IMG/VR virus record: IMGVR_UViG_3300030329_006012
Location: 32,001-96,000 of that record
DNA: 64,000 nucleotides
Reading direction: 5' to 3' (one strand)
DNA from: a virus
Shown here piece after piece: positions 26,553 through 33,816 of this stretch (its first letter is position 1; the number at the start of each line of letters is the position of its first letter). The notes below the pieces were generated by a model. That model saw only the letters and a list, made by a program, of their open reading frames with translations. It was not told where the DNA came from and searched no databases. A program made the translations under genes and the position numbers.

Positions 26553-28502
26553 ATGGCAGACAATACAAGAAACCCCAGAAACCCCCAGTCGGGATTATTC
26601 AATAGGCTCACCAGACTTTTTTCGGGCCCCATTGTCAACCGCCGGACACAAACTTATCGACAGCAACGCCGCCGCCAGCTAAACAAGTATAAGAAGCAGT
26701 TCTACTCCACAAGCGGCCTCCAGTTTAAGAAATCGACGTACAACCCGTTTGACGTTATGCAAACAAATCAAATATCCAACCAAAACCGCGCAGAGCGGTA
26801 TATGGATTTTGACCAGATGGAGTACACTCCAGAAATCGCCTCGTCACTGGACATTTACGCAGATGAGATGACAACATATTCACAAATACAGGACATGTTA
26901 AAGATAAATTGTTCCAATGACGAGATCAAAACTATCCTATCATCATTATATAGCAATGTCTTGAACCTGCAATTCAATCTATTCGGCTGGTGTCGCACAA
27001 TGTGCAAATATGGCGACTTCTTCCTGTATCTCGACATCGACGAAGAAGAGGGAGTCAAGACAGTTATCGGCTTGCCACCGCAAGAAGTTGAAAGGATGGA
27101 GGGCGAAGACCCAACAAATCCGAATTACATACAATTTCAGTGGAATTCAGGCGGCCTGACTTTTGAAAACTGGCAAGTCGCCCATTTCAGAATTCTTGGT
27201 AATGACAAATACAGTCCATATGGCACTTCCGTACTGGAACCAGCCAGAAGAATCTGGAGACAACTCACTTTGCTGGAGGATGCCATGATGTCCTATCGCA
27301 TTGTACGATCCCCAGAAAGACGTGTGTTCTATATTGACGTTGGCAACATTGCTCCACAAGATGTCGAGCAATACATGCAGCGCATTATGACTCAAATGAA
27401 ACGAAATCAAGTTGTTGATGCTCAAACCGGACGAGTGGATTTAAGATATAATCCTCTGTCGGTAGAGGAGGACTATTTCATGCCCGTGCGTGGTGATTCC
27501 TCTTCAAAGATCGAATCGCTGCCTGGCGGAACATTCACCGGCGACATCGACGACGTTAAATATTTAAGAGACAAGCTATTCTCAGCACTCAAGGTGCCGC
27601 AGTCCTATTTGTCTCGCGGCGAAGGCGCAGATGAAGACAAGTCTACTTTGGCGCAGAAGGATATCCGCTTCGCTAGAACGATCCAGAGACTTCAACGCAG
27701 TGTTCTGTCGGAAATAGAGAAGATAGGCACTGTTCACCTCTATACTCTTGGTTTCCGAGGAGATGACTTAGTAAACTTCTCCTTGAGCCTGAACAATCCA
27801 TCTAAAATTGCGGAACTTCAAGAGCTGGAACACTGGAGAACGAAGTTTGATGTCGCAGCCGGAGCTACTGAAGGATTCTTTAGTAAGCGATGGCTGGCCA
27901 CGAACCTCTTCGGACTTTCAGACGATGAGATTATCAGAATGCAGCGAGAAATGTTCTTTGATAGAAAGTTCGATGCTCAGCTTAACGCAGTCGGAGAAGC
28001 AGTGGAATCAGAAGGTGGAATGGGTGGCGACTTCGGCGGAGATGATATCGGCGGAGATGATTTCGACGACGATTTAGGCGGAGACGATCTTGGCGGAGAC
28101 GATCTTGGCGGAGACGATTTGGGTGATGACGAAGATGAAACCCTTCTCGTAGCACCCCCTGGAAGGCGAAGCGATAAAGCTGCAATTGGAGAATTTACCA
28201 CAACCCCGAAGTCAAAGGGGAAGAGATACAAGAAGCGAGGACAGGGTGGCCACAAAGCGGCTGCACGGAACTATAGCATGGACGCCCACGCAGGTGGTCA
28301 CAAGAGATCCACCACGACGGGAAACACTGTTCCGGGCCTCGATGGCCTTAAAACTCTCGCAAATGGAATATTTGAAGAGAAGGGCACTAATTATAAAAAG
28401 GACGAAAAGAAAATCCTATTGGCCAGCCACGAGCTTAGGCGTTTTGCGGAATCTTTAGTCAGTTCGGAAAAACCGGAGAAGGATGAAAATGGCAAAGCAT
28501 AA
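26553..28502 (+). CDS. gp20: Portal protein (T4 gp20-like)
   Basis: EIASSLDIYADE, LLEDAMMSYRIVRSPERRVFYIDVG, EEDYFMP, LFSALKVP, FARTIQRLQ. Confidence 0.93.
   Translation: MADNTRNPRNPQSGLFNRLTRLFSGPIVNRRTQTYRQQRRRQLNKYKKQFYSTSGLQFKKSTYNPFDVMQTNQISNQNRAERYMDFDQMEYTPEIASSLDIYADEMTTYSQIQDMLKINCSNDEIKTILSSLYSNVLNLQFNLFGWCRTMCKYGDFFLYLDIDEEEGVKTVIGLPPQEVERMEGEDPTNPNYIQFQWNSGGLTFENWQVAHFRILGNDKYSPYGTSVLEPARRIWRQLTLLEDAMMSYRIVRSPERRVFYIDVGNIAPQDVEQYMQRIMTQMKRNQVVDAQTGRVDLRYNPLSVEEDYFMPVRGDSSSKIESLPGGTFTGDIDDVKYLRDKLFSALKVPQSYLSRGEGADEDKSTLAQKDIRFARTIQRLQRSVLSEIEKIGTVHLYTLGFRGDDLVNFSLSLNNPSKIAELQELEHWRTKFDVAAGATEGFFSKRWLATNLFGLSDDEIIRMQREMFFDRKFDAQLNAVGEAVESEGGMGGDFGGDDIGGDDFDDDLGGDDLGGDDLGGDDLGDDEDETLLVAPPGRRSDKAAIGEFTTTPKSKGKRYKKRGQGGHKAAARNYSMDAHAGGHKRSTTTGNTVPGLDGLKTLANGIFEEKGTNYKKDEKKILLASHELRRFAESLVSSEKPEKDENGKA
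28035..28130 (+). repeat. 15-nt coding tandem repeat (GGDD[L/I/F]) in the portal C-terminal tail
   Basis: GGCGGAGA(C/T)GAT(CTT/TTG/ATC) iterated about 5-6 times, in frame. Confidence 0.85.
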
Positions 28503-29298
28503 TAAAAAAAGAAACACTGCGTTCATTTTCGAAGCACTCAGTCACGAGATGACTCAGGCGATTGTATCGAAAGATGACGTCAGGCGACAAAAGATTGTAA
28601 AGATAGTGAGGCACCACTTTAAAAAAGGAACAGAACTCAGGAAAGAGCTGGATCTCTTCCAGGCACTCTCCGAGAACTATGGCACCAAGGACGAAGCTTC
28701 GAAAATTCTGCAGGAAGCCAAATCGAGACACTCCAAGGTCAATAGAGAGAAGCTGTTCTCTGAGCAGACAAAGCTCATCAATCGCATCAACAAAGAGTTA
28801 TCAAAGGGCGTCTTCTCAAACTTTGTTGGAAACTACAAAGATTTGGCAACTATCTACAAGGTATTCAATGATGACACTCCCATCAAGGAGAAGATTTTAT
28901 TGGAGGAGGTTGTAGTTTCTTCTATGGTCTCAGACTCAGATTCTGAAAAGATGAAGCCAGTAGATGGTGTTGTGTACAGCACATTTGTCAAGAAGTTTAA
29001 CGAGGAGTATTCAAGGAAACTCCCAACTGAACAGAAGGAATTACTCAACAGATATGTGAGCTCTGTATCCGACAATGGCTTAGAATTCAAATTCTATCTT
29101 AACGAAGAAATCGGGCGCCTAAAGAAGAGGGTTCAAGAGTCGCTAGAGGTCGAGGAAATAAAGGCAGACCTACAGATGACAGACTCAACCAAGAGGGTTT
29201 TTAAAATTCTTGAGGATCTTTCTGAAGAGCCCCTTGGCGAAGAAGTGGTTAAGAAGGTAATGAGTGTGCAGAACTTTATATTGGAGGTAGATTCATAA
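28489..29298 (+). CDS. Conserved-type hypothetical head-cluster protein
   Basis: Overlaps the portal end; start MAKHNKKRNT is likely (ORF-track start 28483); helical composition. Confidence 0.7.
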   Translation: MAKHNKKRNTAFIFEALSHEMTQAIVSKDDVRRQKIVKIVRHHFKKGTELRKELDLFQALSENYGTKDEASKILQEAKSRHSKVNREKLFSEQTKLINRINKELSKGVFSNFVGNYKDLATIYKVFNDDTPIKEKILLEEVVVSSMVSDSDSEKMKPVDGVVYSTFVKKFNEEYSRKLPTEQKELLNRYVSSVSDNGLEFKFYLNEEIGRLKKRVQESLEVEEIKADLQMTDSTKRVFKILEDLSEEPLGEEVVKKVMSVQNFILEVDS

Positions 29299-29834
29299 TG
29301 GCTATTGAAATAAAGGTGGATGCTGAAGCCACGCCATCCAAAAAAGAAGCCACAAATGAAAGGCCCCTAAGCTTCTCGCTCAACGCCCGTCGAAGCATCG
29401 ACGGGAATATTATGATTTTCGATCATATTGACATCGATATAGTTTATGCACCTGGTGTACGCAAGGTCATGACCTTTGCAAAAGATATGCTAAGTGATAG
29501 TGTTTATGCCGCCCAAAACAGAATGTTCGAATACCTCTCAAAGCACGGAGTCGTAACGAGAGACACTGTTCAGGGAGGGAATGTTTACGGCTCAATGGAA
29601 GGAGCCGTTCCTGAGCCAGTTGGCGATCTTGATGCGACCAAAGTGTTCATGATGTCTATCGGCAAGTTCTTGGAAGAAGAAAAGCCCTATTTCATGTATG
29701 AAAAAGCGTACAAGGAGCAAGAACTGGAGGATCTGGTCGATCCAGACGCTCAGGACTCTACAGAGCTTGGAGAAGTCCCACAGGCTGCCAAGAAAGGCTC
29801 CATCGGAAAATTGAGAGGATACTGGAACGTCTAA
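29298..29834 (+). CDS. Hypothetical protein (178 aa)
   Basis: TAATG coupling at both ends. Confidence 0.7.
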   Translation: MAIEIKVDAEATPSKKEATNERPLSFSLNARRSIDGNIMIFDHIDIDIVYAPGVRKVMTFAKDMLSDSVYAAQNRMFEYLSKHGVVTRDTVQGGNVYGSMEGAVPEPVGDLDATKVFMMSIGKFLEEEKPYFMYEKAYKEQELEDLVDPDAQDSTELGEVPQAAKKGSIGKLRGYWNV

Positions 29835-30175
29835 TGAACCTCTTGATGTTTGTTTTGTGTGCCTTTGGCCTAACACAAATAATAGTTTATGGTACAATTT
29901 TTGATAAAATGCGCCCCACAGAGGGGTGGCTTGGGTGTCTTTTTAATTGTTCTATGTGCGTTGGTTTTTGGTCTGGGGTATTTCTTTGGGGAATAAACGA
30001 TTTTACAACACTATTTATCTTTGATAATAGCATCCTAACAGGGTTTTTGCTGGGATGCTTGTCTTCAGGTACTAGCTATATATTATGCCAGGTGGTTGGA
30101 GATGAGGGAGTAAAGTATGAACGGCTGGACAAAAAAGTGGATGCTTCAACCAGTAAGACGTTGTTGCAAGGGTAA
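29834..30175 (+). CDS. Membrane protein, DUF1360-like
   Basis: Three hydrophobic segments with CSMCVGFW (CxxCxGxW). Confidence 0.55.
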   Translation: MNLLMFVLCAFGLTQIIVYGTIFDKMRPTEGWLGCLFNCSMCVGFWSGVFLWGINDFTTLFIFDNSILTGFLLGCLSSGTSYILCQVVGDEGVKYERLDKKVDASTSKTLLQG

Positions 30176-30179
30176 CTGA
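30117..30179 (+). CDS. Candidate 20-aa small ORF MNGWTKKWMLQPVRRCCKGN (not in the ORF track)
   Basis: Strong SD GAGGGAG 6 nt before ATG 30117; overlaps the 3' end of the DUF1360-like gene in another frame; ends in TGA followed by a hairpin. Confidence 0.4.
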   Translation: MNGWTKKWMLQPVRRCCKGN

Positions 30180-30183
30180 CTCG

Positions 30184-30204
30184 GACGGGTAATGCCCGTC
30201 TTTT
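30184..30204 (+). terminator. Hairpin GACGGG-TAATG-CCCGTC followed by TTTT (weak intrinsic terminator or processing/regulatory hairpin)
   Basis: Perfect 6-bp GC-rich stem with a short U tract, just upstream of the protease RBS. Confidence 0.45.
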
Positions 30205-30219
30205 GATTTGGAGAAATTG

Positions 30220-30834
30220 ATGTCAAAGTATTTATTAACCGAGTATTACGAGCTTTGCCCAAATGGGACATGCGAAGACCTGCTTACTGAGGCAGAGAAG
30301 CAATTGGTCAAGAACGGAGCAATGTTTTTGACTGGAGTTATGCAACGAGCTAACGCCAAAAACGGCAACGGCCGTCGCTATCCAAGGCCCGTGCTTGAGC
30401 GCGAGATGGAAAACTACAAGAAGCTCGTCCGAGATAGACGCGCCGTCGGCGAACTCGACCACCCGGACTCTGATGTTGTTAATTTAAAAAACGCATCTCA
30501 TATTGTTACAGAGGTTTGGTGGGACGGTGACGATGTTAAGGGGAAGGTTCAATTACTAGACACTCCTTCCGGACAGATTTTGAGATCACTGGTGAATGGT
30601 GGCGTTAAGTTGGGAATCTCTTCTCGTGGACTTGGCTCTGTTGCCCAGTCCGGCAACGACACCATTGTTCAGGAGGATTTTCAGCTGATATGTTTTGACT
30701 TTGTTTCAGAGCCCAGCACCACCGGTGCCTTTATGGTAAAGGAAAGTAAGAGTCGAGCCAACAATATCACCACAAAGGCAGATAGAATAAACAGAGCTTT
30801 GAACAACATTTTAAAGCCGTGGGAGAACAAATAA
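30220..30834 (+). CDS. gp21: Prohead core protease (T4 gp21-like)
   Basis: NGNGRRYP, GELDHP (catalytic His), LGISSRGLGS (catalytic Ser), FDFVSEPS. SD GGAGA favours ATG 30220. Confidence 0.93.
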   Translation: MSKYLLTEYYELCPNGTCEDLLTEAEKQLVKNGAMFLTGVMQRANAKNGNGRRYPRPVLEREMENYKKLVRDRRAVGELDHPDSDVVNLKNASHIVTEVWWDGDDVKGKVQLLDTPSGQILRSLVNGGVKLGISSRGLGSVAQSGNDTIVQEDFQLICFDFVSEPSTTGAFMVKESKSRANNITTKADRINRALNNILKPWENK

Positions 30835-31685
30835 TGAAAATCCGCAAATCACTATTAAAAAAGATCATACAGGAAGAAGTTACTAACGCTAAGTTCATTA
30901 ATGTCCGAGAAGATTCTGAAGAGCCAAGCATCATCGCCCCCGGCTTGGGAGACTTCGGCCAAGACGCCATCGCTGTATTAAAACAAACCAGAGAGTTTAT
31001 CGACAAAATGATCGAGGAAGATCAGGTTTATGGCAATCTAGTGGACAGTTCCATTGCAAGGCTGCAAGGAATTGCCAAGTTTCACAAAGAACTGCAAACT
31101 CGCATGAATGAGGATAACTTTTTTGACACCTCTACGGAGACTGCTGAGGCTGCCGAGCAAGAGGCCGAGGACGACACTGCGCCAGTAGACGAGTCAAGCC
31201 GTCTTCTCGACGAAATCATCGTTCAGGAGATTATTAAAATATTGGGCGAAGGACCACTTAGCCACACTCATCAAGCCAGAGCACTGCAGAAAAAGGCCAA
31301 GGAGCAAGGTGCACTCGGTCATAACGATGCCGCAGCCCTGAAATATCATTTGGCTCAGTCTGAAAAAGAAAAAGCCGCATTGGGAGAAAAAGCCAATTGG
31401 GGCGGAAACAAGGGCGATCAAAACCGATCCGCAAAGCGAGGAGAAAAGTCCCTTGACGGCGCCGAAGATTTCGAGCCAGTTTTTGAAGAAAAAGACGACG
31501 ACTGGATGGGCGATGTTAAATCGACTGGCGAGTGGACAGATTATACCGTAGCTGAATTAGAGAAAAAGAAGGCGACTCTCATGAAAAAAGAAAAGAGAAC
31601 TGCTGACGAAGTAAAGACAGTGCGTCAATTGAATTTTGCCATCAGAGCAAAGAAGGGTGAGTTGAGTGAAGAAGAGCGAACTTAA
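30834..31685 (+). CDS. Acidic/charged hypothetical protein, possible internal head protein
   Basis: TAATG coupling; N-terminal MKIRKSLLKKIIQEEV; E-rich low-complexity segments. Confidence 0.65.
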   Translation: MKIRKSLLKKIIQEEVTNAKFINVREDSEEPSIIAPGLGDFGQDAIAVLKQTREFIDKMIEEDQVYGNLVDSSIARLQGIAKFHKELQTRMNEDNFFDTSTETAEAAEQEAEDDTAPVDESSRLLDEIIVQEIIKILGEGPLSHTHQARALQKKAKEQGALGHNDAAALKYHLAQSEKEKAALGEKANWGGNKGDQNRSAKRGEKSLDGAEDFEPVFEEKDDDWMGDVKSTGEWTDYTVAELEKKKATLMKKEKRTADEVKTVRQLNFAIRAKKGELSEEERT

Positions 31686-32070
31686 AAAGATATTAAAACC
31701 CATCATTAAAGAATGTATTAAAGAATCTCTCTACGAAGAGGGTTTGCTTAAAAATATTGTCTCTCAAGTAGTTGAGGGCTATTCGGCTGGTACCCCAAAG
31801 ATCGTGGAAGAAAAGGTCGTAAGTCGCATCGATAGCGATGAACAAGATAAGCATGCCGCGAAGATAAAGGGAAAGCTTGAAGAGACTAAAAAGAAGATGT
31901 TGAATGCAATTGGTTCATCGGCTTACGGCGGCGTAAATGTATTCGAGGGAACCACTCCAGCGCCCAGTGAGGGCGTTGCACACGCTAATCCGATGGAAGG
32001 GGTTGAGCCGACAGACTCTGGCGTGGACATATCGTCCATTCTCAATCCTTCTTGGGGAAAGATGATTTAG
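31666..32070 (+). CDS. Hypothetical head-cluster protein (134 aa)
   Basis: GTG start overlapping the upstream gene; MKKSELKKILKPIIKECIKESL. Confidence 0.7.
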   Translation: MKKSELKKILKPIIKECIKESLYEEGLLKNIVSQVVEGYSAGTPKIVEEKVVSRIDSDEQDKHAAKIKGKLEETKKKMLNAIGSSAYGGVNVFEGTTPAPSEGVAHANPMEGVEPTDSGVDISSILNPSWGKMI

Positions 32071-32083
32071 AAAGGTATTTATT

Positions 32084-32305
32084 ATGGCAACCAACGTAAC
32101 CGTTAAGCAGAGATCAGGAGAGTCATCAGAGAAGCTGATAAAGAGATTTATGAAGCAGGTGAAGAAGTTTAAAATCATCGAACAAGTTCGTGATAGAAGG
32201 TATTACAAGAAGAAGTCAGATGTGGAAAGATTGGCCCGACAAAAAGCCCACCGTGACATGCAAAAAAAGAATGCTAAGAAAAAGGCACTGGAGAAGAACG
32301 TATGA
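32084..32305 (+). CDS. rpsU: Phage-encoded 30S ribosomal protein bS21
   Basis: 73 aa and basic; V.V..R.GES.E..+KRF.K.V....I...R.RRYY.K.S pattern of bS21 (KPS appears as KKS). Confidence 0.88.
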   Translation: MATNVTVKQRSGESSEKLIKRFMKQVKKFKIIEQVRDRRYYKKKSDVERLARQKAHRDMQKKNAKKKALEKNV

Positions 32306-32661
32306 GCAACTATTATATAAGAAAGCCGGGGATTAATGAAACTTCCCCGTATCAAGTTAGCGGAAAGCCATTTGCCACAGGCTCTTTTGGCACCGACGGA
32401 TCCACTGGCACCCCAACGGTGATTGAGTTTCCTACCGTTACGAGATGGATTTATATTGTCAACGCCGGCGCCCGCCCTATTAAATACGCCTTTCATGCGG
32501 ACGACTTGGCTAGTGATTATGCTGTAGTAGACACCGGCAAGCAGAGTGAGGTACTAGAAGTTAGGGCTAAAGAAATTCATTTGATTGGCGCAGGAGTTTC
32601 TGCCACCACGGATATTTCAATCTGTGCTGGCCTAACGTCCATTGCGACAGGATCACTTTAG
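32302..32661 (+). CDS. Small beta-rich protein (YQVSG family), putative capsid decoration
   Basis: MSNYY...PYQVSGKP; paralog of the next gene; composition suggests a jelly-roll-like fold. Confidence 0.6.
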   Translation: MSNYYIRKPGINETSPYQVSGKPFATGSFGTDGSTGTPTVIEFPTVTRWIYIVNAGARPIKYAFHADDLASDYAVVDTGKQSEVLEVRAKEIHLIGAGVSATTDISICAGLTSIATGSL

Positions 32662-32669
32662 GAGTTATT

Positions 32670-33086
32670 ATGGCAAACTACTACATCTATAAAAGCAGCC
32701 TCGGCTCAGTAGCCGCATACCAAGTTAGCGGAACACCGCAACTTAAGACAGATGCTCCACTTGCGATGCCCCTCGTTGGAGATGCTGATGTTACGTCCAT
32801 AGACTTCAATTCGGTCACAAACTGGATTCAAATTACAAACAATAGTCTTGCAGATGTTCGAATTGGTTTTTCTGCCAATGGCACGAAACCTGCCACTGCA
32901 GTGGCAAACTACTTTATAGTCCCATCTTTTACCCAAACACCAAAACTTCCGCTAAAGGTCAGGCAGATATGGACAACCTCAGATACAACGATATTGGCCA
33001 AAACAATTTCTGTTGTTGCTTCGTTAACTTCCATATCTTCTGGATCGATAGAGAGCAATTGGTCGGGATCTGTAGGCGTTGGCTAA
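32670..33086 (+). CDS. Small beta-rich protein (YQVSG family), paralog of 32302
   Basis: SD AGGAG; MANYY...AYQVSGTP; F.SVT.WI.I.N; AxLTSI at the C-terminus. Confidence 0.6.
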   Translation: MANYYIYKSSLGSVAAYQVSGTPQLKTDAPLAMPLVGDADVTSIDFNSVTNWIQITNNSLADVRIGFSANGTKPATAVANYFIVPSFTQTPKLPLKVRQIWTTSDTTILAKTISVVASLTSISSGSIESNWSGSVGVG

Positions 33087-33224
33087 TTCTTTTGGATCTG
33101 TGAAAAATTTTCATTCTTCAAAGAAACTGGCCCCCGTAAATTAAATAAACCTTAGAATAACCCTTTTTTTTCGCATACTTAGGTTCGTGAGCGAACAAGT
33201 TTGCTTACAATGGAGGGTTAATTT

Positions 33225-33629
33225 ATGACTACGAAGAAAAAAGGCATTGCTGTCATAGCTGACAGCGGCGACGTCGCATTCAAATTCCTCGATGATGGTA
33301 CAAGTATTATAGGTAAAGATGAAAACAGTGTTCATTCTTTTACCGGGACTGTCAATGTAGAAGGCAAGATGGACATCAAAGGATCTCTATCTATGTCTGA
33401 GCGCATTGGCGGCTATAAATTTGGCCTACCATCCTTGAACGAAGACGGCACTGATGATTCAGTTGCACTTGAAGAATTACGTACTAACGAAAATGGAAAG
33501 TACAACGGTTTTATGTTTTATCTAAATGCTTCGTCGTCAGCCCCATTTGATCAGGAAAAGAAGATTTACTTTTGTGAGAACGGTGTTTGGTTTCCAAGCC
33601 CCTTTGTTGCTTTTAATAGTGAAGAATAA
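33225..33629 (+). CDS. Minimal member of the 'KG-V..KF..DG / YFCE' family (134 aa)
   Basis: SD GGAGG; N-terminal KKKGIAV...FKFLDDG; C-terminal YNGFMFYL...APFDQEKKIYFCENGVWFPSPF. Confidence 0.7.
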   Translation: MTTKKKGIAVIADSGDVAFKFLDDGTSIIGKDENSVHSFTGTVNVEGKMDIKGSLSMSERIGGYKFGLPSLNEDGTDDSVALEELRTNENGKYNGFMFYLNASSSAPFDQEKKIYFCENGVWFPSPFVAFNSEE

Positions 33630-33781
33630 TTTTCTGATTTTTGAAAATTAGGTGTTGGGTTTCGTGGCGTAGGGGAGGTACTTGTGGGTACCCACGCCCG
33701 GAGAGGCAGGAGAGTTGATGAGGTGAAAAAAAATTTAAATATATATTTGAAACATCAATTGGCCAATCCCGTACCGTGCCG

Positions 33782-33789
33782 ACTAATTA
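33782..33789 (+). promoter_or_regulatory. Candidate late-promoter motif ACTAATTA
   Basis: 35 nt before the AGGAGG-led ATG at 33817. Confidence 0.5.
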
Positions 33790-33816
33790 AATACACGAAT
33801 TCAGGAGGACCATATC

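Noticed and set aside
30177-30204. Canonical bacterial SECIS after the small ORF's UGA
   Set aside because: The apical loop is only about 10 nt from the UGA and the stem is followed by a U run, which fits a terminator-like hairpin better. It is retained only as a testable alternative.
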